Assembly (NCBI GenBank): GCA_040391705.1 | Contig: JBEBXE010000001.1 | Coordinates: 239-64,238, forward strand | DNA from: Aerobium aerolatum | GTDB lineage: Bacteria; Pseudomonadota; Alphaproteobacteria; Rhizobiales; Rhizobiaceae | Direction: 5' to 3' | Length of the DNA: 64,000 bases | Shown: positions 1-10,185 of the stretch, piece after piece | Numbering within the stretch: the first letter of the stretch is position 1 | How the letters are laid out: each line of letters begins with the position of its first letter | Program-made: the position numbers and the translations under genes | The notes under the pieces: generated by a model | Database searches by the model: none | What the model saw: the letters and a program-made list of their open reading frames with translations, nothing else | Told to the model about the DNA's origin: nothing

Positions 1-240
1 CGCCGCGTGCAAATGGCGCAAGGTGACGGCTTCAAGCGCCGCCGTGATCCGCCACCCGCCCGCATGGCCGCGCTCGGAAGCCACAAGGCCCGCCTTGCGC
101 AGCAACCCCATCGTGCGGCGGACAACCACCGGATGGGTGCTCATGCAGTGCGCCAGCGCCTCGGACGTCATTGGCCCGTCATGCTCGGCCATGTGCAGCA
201 AGGCGTGAAGAACGGAGGAAAGTCGGCTGTCTCGTTTCAT
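1..240 (-). CDS. Rrf2-family transcriptional regulator (partial, 3' end beyond left edge)
   Basis: Not in ORF track (no stop in window). Manual translation from ATG 240: MKRDSRLSSVLHALLHMAEHDGPMTSEALAHCMSTHPVVVRRTMGLLRKAGLVASERGHAGGWRI, the typical Rrf2 winged-HTH pattern. Confidence 0.88.
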   Translation of the reverse strand, partial: MKRDSRLSSVLHALLHMAEHDGPMTSEALAHCMSTHPVVVRRTMGLLRKAGLVASERGHAGGWRITAALEAVTLRHLHAA

Positions 241-257
241 GTAACTTCGTTTATTAC
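241..257. promoter_or_regulatory. Candidate Rrf2 autoregulatory operator (GTAA-N9-TTAC)
   Basis: AT-rich imperfect palindrome GTAACTTCGTTTATTAC directly abutting the Rrf2 start codon. Confidence 0.4.
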
Positions 258-344
258 GAATTCAGATGAAATTCAAGCGCAAGCTGCGCCTCATGGCCCG
301 GCCGTTGCTCCCAGCAGACTTTATGACTATACGGAACGCACTCG

Positions 345-395
345 CACGGACCCGGTGAAACTCCGGGTGGCTCTTCTGGCCGCCTATCCGCCAGA
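345..395 (+). ncRNA. sul1-like cis-regulatory RNA in the 5' leader of sulP
   Basis: Hairpin ACCCGG-TGAAACT-CCGGGT (350-368), second hairpin GTGGC-N7-GCCGC (367-383), closing pair CGGA (347-350)/TCCG (387-390), about 75 nt upstream of a SulP gene. This is the described context of the alphaproteobacterial sul1 motif. No covariance search was run. Confidence 0.62.
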
Positions 396-467
396 CAACG
401 CAACAACATTTTCCATGTTGAACCAGATGTCAGCGTCTGGTTGGTCTCGACCTATTGCGGAAATTTC

Positions 468-1955
468 ATGAAAAACCTGTCAGCCTACCGCCTTGAATGG
501 TTCTCCAACATTCGTGGCGACGTTCTATCCGGCATCGTCGTCGCCCTCGCGCTCATTCCGGAGGCCATCGGCTTCTCGGTGATCGCGGGCGTCGATCCCA
601 AGGTCGGCCTGTTCGCGTCCTTCGCCATCGCCTGCGTCTGTGCCTTCACAGGCGGCCGACCCGGCATGATCTCGGCTGCCACCGCCGCCACTGCAGTGGT
701 GATGGTCTCGCTGGTGAAAGAGCACGGCCTCCAATATCTCTTCGCCGCAACCATCCTGATGGGCCTGCTCCAGATCATCGCCGGCTTTCTGAAGCTCGGG
801 CGTCTGATGCGGTTCGTGTCGCGCTCGGTCATCACCGGCTTCGTCAACGCCCTGGCGATGCTGATCTTCATGGCCCAGCTGCCGGAACTGATCGACGTTC
901 CCATCCAGACCTATTGGATGATCGCGGCTGGCCTCGCCATCATCTACCTGTTTCCACGTCTCACCAAGGCGATCCCGTCACCGCTGGTGGCCATCGTCGC
1001 GCTGACTGCCGTCGCATGGTGGACGGGCATGGACCTGCGCACCGTCGCTGATCTGGGCGAGTTGCCGTCCTCGTTCCCGGTCCTTGCATTGCCGCAGGTG
1101 CCGTTCACCCTGGAAACGCTGCAGATCATCCTGCCCTATTCGCTGACGCTCGCAGCGGTCGGGCTGCTCGAGTCGCTGCTGACCGCGCAGATCGTCGACG
1201 ACATGACGGATACGCCGAGCAACAAGAACCAGGAATGTTTCGGCCAGGGCACCGGCAACATTGCCTCCGCCTTGATCGGCGGCATGGGCGGTTGCGCGAT
1301 GATCGGTCAATCCGTCATCAACGTCACGTCGGGCGGTCGTGGCCGGCTTTCGACCTTCGTTGCCGGCGCGTTCCTCCTGTTCCTGATCCTCGTGCTCGAC
1401 GATCTGGTCCGGATCATCCCGATGGCGGCGCTGGTCGCGGTGATGATCATGGTCTCGATCGGCACATTCTCGTGGCGATCGCTCCTCGACCTGCGCCGCA
1501 ATCCCGTGCCGTCATCTCTCGTCATGCTGGCGACGGTCGTCACGGTGGTGACCACGCACGACCTCGCGAAAGGCGTCCTCGTCGGCGTGCTTCTGTCGGC
1601 CGTCTTCTTCGCGGGCAAGGTCGCCAAAATGGTCCGCGTCACCGCCACGACAAGCGCGGACGGGCAGGACAGAACCTACACCGTCGAAGGCCAGGTTTTC
1701 TTCGCGTCCACCGAAAGCTTTGTCGCCGCCTTCGACTTTTCCAGTCCTTTGCGCAGCGTCGTCATCGACGTCAGTCGCGCCCACCTCTGGGACATCACCT
1801 CCATCGCAGCCCTCGACAAGGTGGTCCTCAAATACCGCCGCAATGGCACGGATGTTTCTGTCGTCGGCTTCAACGCGGCAAGCGCTGCGATGGTCGACCG
1901 CTTTGCCGTCCACGACAAAACGGAACTCGACGTGGCAAACACCCCCGCGCATTGA
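468..1955 (+). CDS. sulP: SulP-family inorganic anion transporter with C-terminal STAS domain
   Basis: [27 protein letters not shown] and GGCAMIGQS motifs, many TM helices, STAS-like tail (VEGQVFFAS...DITSIAAL). Start set at ATG 468. Confidence 0.93.
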   Translation: MKNLSAYRLEWFSNIRGDVLSGIVVALALIPEAIGFSVIAGVDPKVGLFASFAIACVCAFTGGRPGMISAATAATAVVMVSLVKEHGLQYLFAATILMGLLQIIAGFLKLGRLMRFVSRSVITGFVNALAMLIFMAQLPELIDVPIQTYWMIAAGLAIIYLFPRLTKAIPSPLVAIVALTAVAWWTGMDLRTVADLGELPSSFPVLALPQVPFTLETLQIILPYSLTLAAVGLLESLLTAQIVDDMTDTPSNKNQECFGQGTGNIASALIGGMGGCAMIGQSVINVTSGGRGRLSTFVAGAFLLFLILVLDDLVRIIPMAALVAVMIMVSIGTFSWRSLLDLRRNPVPSSLVMLATVVTVVTTHDLAKGVLVGVLLSAVFFAGKVAKMVRVTATTSADGQDRTYTVEGQVFFASTESFVAAFDFSSPLRSVVIDVSRAHLWDITSIAALDKVVLKYRRNGTDVSVVGFNAASAAMVDRFAVHDKTELDVANTPAH

Positions 1956-1973
1956 GCCGACGCCGCACTCACT

Positions 1974-3272
1974 CTATGCCGGTGGTGGTGAGGCTGGCAG
2001 ATGCGGGCTAGCAAATCCCAATCTCGTCAGCCCCCGTCGCACCTCCGGCGCGCCCATGAACAGCTTCCACAGCAACCCCGTACGATGGTTCTCGATCATC
2101 GCGACGATCGGTCCCTGATTGATCCCCAGATAGGTGCGGGAATACCAGTTGCGGCTTTCGCAGAACGCGTCGACAAAACCAAATCGACCCCATATGCGGT
2201 TGTGGGGTCGCGTCAGGAAACCACGCAAGGCGCGCATCGCTTCCGCCGGCGCATAGGGAAAACTCGAGAGCGCAGCGGATGGGGTGATCACGCCGATGTC
2301 CCTGTCGGGGGCGTGCGCGACGTAGCCTCGCGGTCCATGGCTTGCAGTCAGCCCCCAGCAGTCGGCGCCGTAGCCCAGATGGTTGTGCGGATTGCGCACG
2401 CAATGCAGATAATTGATCTGGGTATGACGCAGATTCTGCTGCCAGTAGTCGGCGTGCCGATCGCTCAGTCCTCGCGGATCGAGCCCGCAGAACGAATAGT
2501 GCGAAATGAACAGCGGACCACCAAAGTTCATGCCCAACGGCAGCACCACGCCATGGTGGTCGCGCCCGTTCAGAAAGCCCGGTCCGCTTGCAAAACCCTC
2601 ATGGTAGATGTCCGGATCGATGGCGTGGCGCGCCGATCCTGCCGCCAGCACAAATGTCAGCAGGCATTCGTTCCAGCCGTTGATCGGGTGGTCCATCGCC
2701 CAGCCGTGGTTCGGGCTCCAGTGCCACATCAGCTGTCGCATCCCGCGTGTGAACCAGTCCCATTCAGCCTGCGCCAACAGCCCGTCTATGCGCTGGCGCA
2801 GCTGCGCTTCCTCGGGCGCCACACTGGCGAAATACTCACGCGCGCAAATCAGACCCTGAAACAGGAACGTGGTTTCGACCAGATCGGCACCGTCGTCCTT
2901 GCGACGGAACGGAATCGTCGCTCCGGTGCGCCCGTCGATGAAATGTGGAAACACGCCGTGGTAGCGCGGCGCGCGCTCCAGAAATTCCAGCATCCCCTGC
3001 AACCGGTTTAGCGCCGCCGTGCGGTCGATCCAGCCGCGTTCCACCGCAACGATGATGGCCAGAATGCCGAAACCGGACCCGCCGACCGCCACCAGATCGT
3101 TGGCCGGATCGCCGGTGGTCTTCTGCCGATCCCGGGCAAGGCCGCTGACGGGATGCGCGCCGTCCCAGAAATACCGGGCTGTCTGCCGCTGAACCAGGTC
3201 CAGCAGGGCGTCGTCGTCAAGTTCTCGAACGTTTTCCGGAAGGTGGGTCGCGTGAGCTGTAGCAGGAAACAT
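1974..3272 (-). CDS. GH144-like (DUF3131/glucoamylase-family) putative endo-beta-1,2-glucanase
   Basis: YFWDGAHPVSGLARDR, DDGADLVETTFL, WHWSP, GWNE, GGPLFISHY, YLGINQGPIV motifs. No signal peptide. Confidence 0.8.
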   Translation of the reverse strand: MFPATAHATHLPENVRELDDDALLDLVQRQTARYFWDGAHPVSGLARDRQKTTGDPANDLVAVGGSGFGILAIIVAVERGWIDRTAALNRLQGMLEFLERAPRYHGVFPHFIDGRTGATIPFRRKDDGADLVETTFLFQGLICAREYFASVAPEEAQLRQRIDGLLAQAEWDWFTRGMRQLMWHWSPNHGWAMDHPINGWNECLLTFVLAAGSARHAIDPDIYHEGFASGPGFLNGRDHHGVVLPLGMNFGGPLFISHYSFCGLDPRGLSDRHADYWQQNLRHTQINYLHCVRNPHNHLGYGADCWGLTASHGPRGYVAHAPDRDIGVITPSAALSSFPYAPAEAMRALRGFLTRPHNRIWGRFGFVDAFCESRNWYSRTYLGINQGPIVAMIENHRTGLLWKLFMGAPEVRRGLTRLGFASPHLPASPPPA

Positions 3273-3283
3273 CGGATACGATG

Positions 3284-4270
3284 TTAGCGTCTTCGCCTGG
3301 GCGCGACGGCGGCAGCGTTCTCATCCTGCAACTTGCGCCACCGCGAAAAGCGTTCGGGATCAATGCTGCCCCGCGCCACGGCGGCAAGGACGGCGCAGGA
3401 CGGCTCGTGGGAATGCGTGCAATTGCTGAACTTGCACTGGGTCGCAAGTTCGCTGATCTCGGCGAACACCACATCCAGCCCCTCGGCGGTCTCGCCGAGA
3501 TGCAACGTGCGAATTCCGGGAGAATCCAGCACCCAGCCGCCGCCGGAGACCGGATGCAGCGAGCGCGCGGTCGTCGTGTGCCGCCCTTTTGAATCATGGT
3601 GGCGGATGGCGCCGGTGAGTTGGGCCGTCCCCTCATCCGAGCCGGCCAGCGTGTTGACCAGCGTTGACTTGCCGACCCCCGAGGAACCGGTGAGCGCCAC
3701 CGTCTTGCCAAGGCCGAACCAGGGCTGCAGCTTTGTCAGCGCGTCGGGCTGGCGTGGATCGACCACCACCACCGGCAGGTCGCGCGCCAACGCGGCCGCC
3801 TGCGCGACAAACGGAGCGACGTCCTTCGCCGTATCGGCCTTGGTCAGAACAAGCACCGGCGCGATCTCGGACTGCCCTGCCATGGCCAGAAAGCGCTCGA
3901 GCCGCGACACATTGAAATCGCCGTTGCAGGAGGTGACGATGAACAGCGCGTCGATATTGGCACCGGACAACTGGGTGCTGCCGTCGCTCATGCGCCGCGA
4001 CAGCAGCGACATGCGCTCGAGCCGCCGCCGCACGAGGAAATCGCGGGCGTCGGCCAGCACGAAATCACCCACAGCATAATCGCCGGTGAAACTGTTTGCC
4101 GGCAGCGTCAGATCGACCAGACCCGTTGCAGAATACCCGCTCATGCGCGCGCGATGGATATGGGCGATGCGCACCGGCACAAGGTCCGCTTCGTCGTCTT
4201 CAACCTGGTCGGCGAAGAAGGACGACCAACCCAGCCCGATAAGTTCCGCTTCGTGCGTCTGTTCGTTCAA
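3284..4270 (-). CDS. rsgA: Ribosome small subunit-dependent GTPase A
   Basis: Circularly permuted GTPase order TKAD / GSSGVGKS / GRHTTT / DSPG, plus Zn site CKFSNCTHSHEPSC. Likely TTG start at 4270; the ORF-track extension overlaps cysA. Confidence 0.92.
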   Translation of the reverse strand: MNEQTHEAELIGLGWSSFFADQVEDDEADLVPVRIAHIHRARMSGYSATGLVDLTLPANSFTGDYAVGDFVLADARDFLVRRRLERMSLLSRRMSDGSTQLSGANIDALFIVTSCNGDFNVSRLERFLAMAGQSEIAPVLVLTKADTAKDVAPFVAQAAALARDLPVVVVDPRQPDALTKLQPWFGLGKTVALTGSSGVGKSTLVNTLAGSDEGTAQLTGAIRHHDSKGRHTTTARSLHPVSGGGWVLDSPGIRTLHLGETAEGLDVVFAEISELATQCKFSNCTHSHEPSCAVLAAVARGSIDPERFSRWRKLQDENAAAVAPRRRR

Positions 4271-4391
4271 TGCCAGTTTCCATGTCCAAGCTGCGGCAGG
4301 TATCTGCGGCAGCGTCGTCAGACGCTGCCCACACCAGGCGAAATCCCTAGCACAAAGCAAGGAGTTCGCGCTTGCGGAAAATGGCGGATAA

Positions 4392-5423
4392 TCAGCGGTG
4401 TTCCCGACGCGGAAACACATTGCCGCGCAGCACGGTGATGAAGCCGCTGTCGCGGGCGCGCACCGGCGTGTCGGCCGGAACATCGATCTCCACCGCGACG
4501 CTGTCATGCGTGCTGGCGAGGATACGGCGGCCTTCGGGGCGGTCGATGACACGCAGAACGGTCGCCGCGATGCCTTTGCCGCTGGTTGCCCAACCGAGAT
4601 CGACAGGGCGTGCAAGCAGTTCGACGGGACCATCGGCCACGCCGTCTGCGTCGATAATGATGCCGCCGATATCGGCCTTGCCATTCGATGCGATCCCGTC
4701 CAGCCGGTTGGCGTCACCGAGGAATTTCATCACGAAGGCGGAGTTGGGATTGCGGCAGACCTCTTCCGGCGTACCCTGCTGCACGATGCGGCCCTGATCG
4801 AGGATCACGACACGGTCGGCCAGATCGAGCGCTTCTTCCTGATCGTGGGTCACGAACAGCGTGGTGATGCCGAGTTCTTCGTGAATCTCGCGCAGCCAGC
4901 GGCGCAGGTCGCGGCGCACATTGGCGTCGAGCGCGCCGAACGGCTCATCGAGCAGCAACACCTTGGGATCGACCGCCAGCGCCCGGGCCAACGCCACGCG
5001 CTGCCGCTGGCCGCCCGAAATCTGCGTCGGAAACCGGTTGCCGAGGCCGTCGAGCTTGACCAGCCGCAACAGGTCGGCGACGCGGGCGTCGATCGCAGCT
5101 TTGGTGCGCTTGACCTTGGAAACCTTCATGCCGAAGGCGACGTTTTCGGCCACCGTCATATGCGGGAACAGCGCATAATGCTGGAACACGAAACCGACGC
5201 CGCGCTCGCGCACCGGAATGTCGGTCGCGTCTTCCGCGCCGAAGAAGATCTGACCCTCGTCGGCATATTCCAGCCCCGCCACCATGCGCAGGATCGTCGT
5301 CTTGCCTGATCCGGACGGCCCAAGCAGCGCCACCAACTCACCGCTGCCGATTTCCAGCGAGACGCCATGCACGGCACGAAAGGTGTCGAAGGTCTTCACG
5401 ACCTTGTCGAGACTGATCTTCAT
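4392..5423 (-). CDS. cysA: Sulfate/thiosulfate ABC transporter ATP-binding protein
   Basis: [47 protein letters not shown]; last gene of the cys operon. Confidence 0.95.
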   Translation of the reverse strand: MKISLDKVVKTFDTFRAVHGVSLEIGSGELVALLGPSGSGKTTILRMVAGLEYADEGQIFFGAEDATDIPVRERGVGFVFQHYALFPHMTVAENVAFGMKVSKVKRTKAAIDARVADLLRLVKLDGLGNRFPTQISGGQRQRVALARALAVDPKVLLLDEPFGALDANVRRDLRRWLREIHEELGITTLFVTHDQEEALDLADRVVILDQGRIVQQGTPEEVCRNPNSAFVMKFLGDANRLDGIASNGKADIGGIIIDADGVADGPVELLARPVDLGWATSGKGIAATVLRVIDRPEGRRILASTHDSVAVEIDVPADTPVRARDSGFITVLRGNVFPRREHR

Positions 5424-6331
5424 CGGGTGGTTTCCTGAACAATATTTTGCGGTACAGCCAATGCCGGGCGTCCGGCGCGGCCAGCGCCCCGGCGCTCCAG
5501 CAGCACCTTGGCGACGATGGTGACCAGCGCCAGCACCGTGAGAATGGAGGCAGCCGCAAATGCGCCGACAGCGCCGGCGCGGCTGAAATCATTGTAAAGC
5601 AGCTCGACCTGAAGCGGCAGCGTGTTGGTCTGGCCACGGATTTTTCCGGAGACGACGGAGACCGCGCCGAACTCGCCCATGACGCGCGCGTTGCACAGCA
5701 CCACGCCATACAGCAGCGCCCAGCGGATATTCGGCAGCGTGACCGAAAAGAACGTGCGCCAGCCGGACGCGCCGAGCGAGGTTGCGGCCTCTTCCAGGTC
5801 GCGCCCCTGCGCCTGCATCAGCGGGATCAGCTCGCGCGCGACGAACGGCGCGGTGACGAACATCGACGCCAGCACGATGCCCGGCAGCGCAAACAGCACC
5901 TGCACGCCGGCCGATTGAAACGTCGGCCCAAACAGCCCCTGCAACCCGTACACGAACAGATAGGCGACACCGGCAACGATGGGCGAGACCGAAAACGGGA
6001 TCTCGATCACGACCAGCAGGAAGCGGCGGCCCCAGAAGTCGAACTTCGTCATCGCCCATGCCGCGGCAATACCAAAGGCGGTGTTGAGCGGCACGGCGAT
6101 CAGGGCGGTCAGCACCGTGAGGTAGATCGCGTGGCGTGTATCCGGATGGGTGATCACCGCGCCGAAATGACCAAGGCCAAGCGAGAACGCCTGGACGAAA
6201 ATCACCAGCAGCGGCGACAGCACGAACAGGGCACCGAACACCAGCACGAAGCCGATCAGAGCGCGTCGGACGCCCGGCGCGTCACCGATGCGGGGCGGCT
6301 TGTGGCGGGCAGGGTGGGCTGACATCGTCAT
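5420..6331 (-). CDS. cysW: Sulfate ABC transporter permease CysW
   Basis: [39 protein letters not shown]; 4-bp overlaps with both neighbours. Confidence 0.94.
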   Translation of the reverse strand: MTMSAHPARHKPPRIGDAPGVRRALIGFVLVFGALFVLSPLLVIFVQAFSLGLGHFGAVITHPDTRHAIYLTVLTALIAVPLNTAFGIAAAWAMTKFDFWGRRFLLVVIEIPFSVSPIVAGVAYLFVYGLQGLFGPTFQSAGVQVLFALPGIVLASMFVTAPFVARELIPLMQAQGRDLEEAATSLGASGWRTFFSVTLPNIRWALLYGVVLCNARVMGEFGAVSVVSGKIRGQTNTLPLQVELLYNDFSRAGAVGAFAAASILTVLALVTIVAKVLLERRGAGRAGRPALAVPQNIVQETTR

Positions 6332-7149
6332 GCCCTCGCCATGTAGCGCAGCGCCCGCGCCTGAAGATAATTGGTCACAGCCAACATGACGAAAGCCGCA
6401 AAGAGCAGCACCGAGGCGATCGCAGCGGCACCGGCATAATTGTATTCTTCAAGCCGGATGAAGGCGAGCAGGGCAGTGATCTCCGTCGAATTCGGACGGT
6501 TGCCCGCAATGAAGATGACGGCCCCGAACTCGCCAAGACTGCGCGCAAACGACAGCGACAGCCCCGCCAGAAGCGCCGGCGTCAGCAAGGGCAGCACCAC
6601 GCGGCGAAAGATTTCGCTGTCGGAGCCACCCAGCGACTGCGCCGCTTCCTCCAGCGCCGGATCGAGGTCTTCCAGAACCGGCTGCACGCTGCGCACCACG
6701 AACGGCAGGCTGGTGAAGAACATCGCAATCATGATGCCGAGCGGCGTGTGGATCACCTTGATGCCGACCTGCGCCAGCGCCGACCCGAACCAGCCATTCT
6801 GGGCAAACAGCGTGGTGAGCGCGATGCCCGCGACCGCCGTCGGCAGCGCAAACGGCAGGTCGACGATGGCGTCGATCAGCCGCTTGCCGGGAAATTCATA
6901 GCGCACCAGCACCCAGGCGAGCGCGAGGCCGAAAACGAGGTTGGCAAGTGTTGCCCCCAGCGCGCACAGCACGGTGACGCGGTAGCTCGCCAGCGCCCGG
7001 CCGGAGGAAATGATGCGCCAGTATTCTTCCGGCCCAAGGCTTGCCGCCTTGAAGACCAGCGCGCCGATCGGCAACGCGACGATCAGCGCGACGTAGAACA
7101 ATGTGACGCCGAGCGACAACGGCAATCCGGGCAATACGCGGCGTCTCAA
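6328..7149 (-). CDS. cysT: Sulfate ABC transporter permease CysT (CysU)
   Basis: VDLPFALPTAVAGIAL, LPFVVRSVQPVL, FARSLGEFGAVIFIAGN. TTG start 7149 after AGGGGG. Confidence 0.94.
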   Translation of the reverse strand: MRRRVLPGLPLSLGVTLFYVALIVALPIGALVFKAASLGPEEYWRIISSGRALASYRVTVLCALGATLANLVFGLALAWVLVRYEFPGKRLIDAIVDLPFALPTAVAGIALTTLFAQNGWFGSALAQVGIKVIHTPLGIMIAMFFTSLPFVVRSVQPVLEDLDPALEEAAQSLGGSDSEIFRRVVLPLLTPALLAGLSLSFARSLGEFGAVIFIAGNRPNSTEITALLAFIRLEEYNYAGAAAIASVLLFAAFVMLAVTNYLQARALRYMARA

Positions 7150-7225
7150 ATGACAGCCCCCTGTTGGACACATGAAACCGACGGATTTTCACCCGCCGGT
7201 TCTCAAGACGATGAAGAAGATGACG

Positions 7226-8227
7226 TCAGCGCTCGCCGTAGATCTGGTCCAGCTTGGCGCCGGACGCGAAATGCTCTGCGCTGATCTTGTCCCAGCCGCC
7301 GAACACGTCTTCCACCGTCACGAGGCGAACCTCGGGGAACTGGTCGGCAAATTCGGCCGTCACCGTCTCATTGTGCACGCGGTTGCCGTGCCGGGCGAGA
7401 ATGCGCTGGCCATCCTCGGAATAGAGATAGTTGAGATAGGCGGTGACCAGCTCCGTCGAGCCGCGCTTTTCAGCCACCTTGTCGACGATGGAGACGGGGA
7501 ACTCTGCCAGCAGACTGACCTGCGGGGCGACGAGGTCGTATTTGTCTTCGCCGAATTCCTTGGCGATGCCCTTGGTCTCGGCCTCGAACGTGATCAGCAC
7601 GTCGCCGATCTCGCGCTCGACGAACGTGGTCGTCGCGCCCCGGCCGCCGGTGTCGAACACCGGAACGTTGTTGAACAGCTTGCCGATGAAGTCGTCGACC
7701 TTCGCCTGGTCGCCGTCGAACTCTTCAAGCGCGAAGGCCGCCGCTGCCAGATAGGTGTAGCGCGCGTTGCCCGACGTCTTGGGGTTCGGGAAGATCACCT
7801 GCACGTCATCGCGCACCAGATCGTCCCAGTTGCGGATGTTCTTCGGGTTGCCTTCACGAACGAGGAAGGACGGGAAGGAATAATACGGCGATGCATTGTT
7901 GGGCAGGCGCTGCTGCCAGTCGGCGGCGACGAAGTCGTGCTTCACCAGAAAGTCGATGTCGGTGACCTGATTGAAGGTGACGACGTCGGCCTCAAGGCCT
8001 TCCGAAATCGACCGCGCCTGGGCCGAGGAGCCGCCATGCGACTGGTCGACGGTCACCGTCTGTCCAGTCTGCGCCTTATAGGCCGGAATGAAGGCCGCGT
8101 TGATGTCGGCATACAGCTCGCGGGCGATATCGTAGGACGAATTGAGAATGCTCGTCGCCGTCTGGGCGCTGGCGGGCGACGTGGAAAGAAGCGCGGCAGC
8201 TGCGCCGGCAAGAAGAAGGCGGTTCAT
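7226..8227 (-). CDS. cysP: Thiosulfate/sulfate-binding periplasmic protein
   Basis: Signal peptide, ILNSSYDIARELY (CysP-type), QSHGGSS, PNPKTSGNARY, DTGGRGATTTF. AGGAG RBS before ATG 8227. Confidence 0.92.
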   Translation of the reverse strand: MNRLLLAGAAAALLSTSPASAQTATSILNSSYDIARELYADINAAFIPAYKAQTGQTVTVDQSHGGSSAQARSISEGLEADVVTFNQVTDIDFLVKHDFVAADWQQRLPNNASPYYSFPSFLVREGNPKNIRNWDDLVRDDVQVIFPNPKTSGNARYTYLAAAAFALEEFDGDQAKVDDFIGKLFNNVPVFDTGGRGATTTFVEREIGDVLITFEAETKGIAKEFGEDKYDLVAPQVSLLAEFPVSIVDKVAEKRGSTELVTAYLNYLYSEDGQRILARHGNRVHNETVTAEFADQFPEVRLVTVEDVFGGWDKISAEHFASGAKLDQIYGER

Positions 8228-8443
8228 GGATGCTCCTGCGGCGGACGGCCGGTTCTGATGCGATGTGACAGACACTACCGTCAGATACGACCACAGCGGA
8301 GGCATGAGCGATGCGCGAAGTTCGCTAAAAATAGAAACGCATTCCGAATAGCAAAAATTCCTGGAATCTGAATCCAGGAGACAGCTGGGGACGGCCTGAC
8401 GCTCAGTCGCGCTTCATCCTTGAACCCACCCGGCTACAAGCTT

Positions 8444-8471
8444 CGGTCGCATAAGGTATCTTATGGAACCG
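8444..8471 (+). other. dif-like chromosome dimer resolution site (XerC arm, 6-bp core, XerD arm)
   Basis: CGGTCGCATAA-GGTATC-TTATGGAACCG: 11-6-11 layout with the conserved CATAA/TTATG inner repeats (E. coli dif is GGTGCGCATAA-TGTATA-TTATGTTAAAT). Intergenic location. Confidence 0.82.
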
Positions 8472-8498
8472 CCCTCTGCGCAGGACGGCTCCTATAGC

Positions 8499-8531
8499 AA
8501 AGGGCCCCGGCTTGCGCCGGAGCCCTTTCTT
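8499..8531. terminator. Rho-independent terminator, probably bidirectional, downstream of the ABC/DUF917 operon
   Basis: AAAGGGCCCCGG-CTTGCG-CCGGAGCCCTTT stem-loop flanked by A/T runs, about 40 nt past the stop at 8573. Confidence 0.75.
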
Positions 8532-8572
8532 GCGACCGGATCGGTCACTGTTGTCGTTTCAACCGGCCACGA

Positions 8573-10144
8573 TCACTTCGCGCAATCCCACCACATGCGC
8601 GAGAAGTCGAAGTCCCAGCTCTGCATCGGCACTTCGGCATAGCCCTGCAGGCACTCATGTGCGGCCATGCGCTTGCGCTGGGTGAGCAGCGGAATCTCCG
8701 CCGTCGTCTCGTGGATGCGCGCCTGGATATCCTTGTAGATTCCGTTGCGCTTGGCCTCGTCGACCGTTTCGCGCGACGTGTCGATCATCGCGTCGACCTG
8801 CGGGTCCTGGATCCACGACATCGACGACCAGGTGCCGGCGGCGCGGCTGTGATACTGCACGAAGAAGATCGAATCCGGCGACGGATAGGTCGGGCCGTAG
8901 AACACCTGCGAGGTGTGCGGCGTGGTCTCGATCTTGGTGGCAAGCTCGGTGATGCGGTTCCATGGTTCGGGCTGCAGGTCGACCTCGAAGCCGATGGTCT
9001 CCAGCGTCGACTTGAACAACAGGCCGATCTCTTCCTCGAACGCCGTGTTGGCGACATAAGCGTGGCTGATCTTGATCGGCTTGTCGCCGGCATATTTCGA
9101 CTTGGCAACCTCCTCGGCCGCCTTTTCGAGGTTGTATTCCGGCGACGGCAGGTCGTCGAGATACGCATCGCGGAACAGCGGCGACAGCACGGTCTTCATT
9201 TCGCCACCCGGATAGATGACGTCGCGGATCGTTTCATAGTCCAGCGCATAGGCGATGGCGCGACGGATATGCACGTCGTCGGTCGGCGCCAGCTGGTTGT
9301 TGACCTTGAGGTAGAAGCTCGTCGCCGTGTCCGCCTCGATCAGCTTGTAATTGTCCAGCTTCTCGATCGCCTGGTAGGTCTCGCTGCTCTGGTATTGCGA
9401 CGACATCCCGAGTTCGCCGCGCTGGGCGAGTGCGCGCACCGTCGCCTCGTCGCGCGTGACGACGAACCGAAGCTCGTCGATCGGGCGTACGTTGGGCCAG
9501 CCGGCGTGGTAGTTTTCATAGCGCTCCAGGATCATCTCCGCGCCGCGCGTCCAGCCGCTGAGCGTGTAGGGACCGGCACCGGCGCTGTTTTCGGCAAGGT
9601 ATTCCTCGCCCCATGGGCCGGTTTTTTCCGCCACGACGTCCGAATTGACCACGAGGATCAGCGGCGTCACCGAGATGAACGGCGCATAGACGCGGTCGAT
9701 CCGGATCTCGACGGTATGGTCGTCGACCGCCTTGACGTTGTCCGGCTTGACGAGGTTGGAGAACAGATAGGCAGGGCCTTCGTTCAGCGCCAGCAGGCGC
9801 TGCATCGAGTAGACGACGTCCTTGGCCTCGACGGGGCTGCCGTCCTGGAACGTCGCGCCCTGCTTGAGCTTGAAGGTGTAGGTCTGGTTGTCGGCCGAGA
9901 TTTCCCAGCTCTCGGCAAGCTGCGGCACCACTTCGCCGGCGCTGCTCACCGTGGTGAGGGCGTCGTAGAGATTCACGGCTGCCATATATTCGGTGTAGTC
10001 GGTCACCTTTGCGGGATCGACGGTGCCGAATATCTGCACGGTATTGATGACAAGCGACAGCTTGTCCTGCGCGACCGCCGGGGCGGTCAGCGCAGTGGCC
10101 GCAGCAAGTGCCGCTGCCGCAAGCGCAAATTTGATCGTTTTCAT
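8573..10144 (-). CDS. ABC transporter substrate-binding protein, family 5 (DppA/OppA-like)
   Basis: Signal peptide MKTIKFALAAAALAAATALTAPAVA, LAESWEISADNQTYTFKLK signature, GAGPY motif. Start at ATG 10144. Confidence 0.92.
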   Translation of the reverse strand: MKTIKFALAAAALAAATALTAPAVAQDKLSLVINTVQIFGTVDPAKVTDYTEYMAAVNLYDALTTVSSAGEVVPQLAESWEISADNQTYTFKLKQGATFQDGSPVEAKDVVYSMQRLLALNEGPAYLFSNLVKPDNVKAVDDHTVEIRIDRVYAPFISVTPLILVVNSDVVAEKTGPWGEEYLAENSAGAGPYTLSGWTRGAEMILERYENYHAGWPNVRPIDELRFVVTRDEATVRALAQRGELGMSSQYQSSETYQAIEKLDNYKLIEADTATSFYLKVNNQLAPTDDVHIRRAIAYALDYETIRDVIYPGGEMKTVLSPLFRDAYLDDLPSPEYNLEKAAEEVAKSKYAGDKPIKISHAYVANTAFEEEIGLLFKSTLETIGFEVDLQPEPWNRITELATKIETTPHTSQVFYGPTYPSPDSIFFVQYHSRAAGTWSSMSWIQDPQVDAMIDTSRETVDEAKRNGIYKDIQARIHETTAEIPLLTQRKRMAAHECLQGYAEVPMQSWDFDFSRMWWDCAK

Positions 10145-10185
10145 GTCAGGGTTCCTCTTCCTGGTTCCAACGGTTGTGTCACTTC

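Noticed and set aside
7-471. 154-aa plus-strand ORF
   Set aside because: Antisense to the Rrf2 gene and overlaps the sulP leader; no family features.
8228-8440. SAM-type riboswitch upstream of cysP; hairpin TCCTGGA-N7-TCCAGGA at 8359-8379
   Set aside because: No SAM riboswitch consensus recognised, and a single short hairpin is not enough to call.
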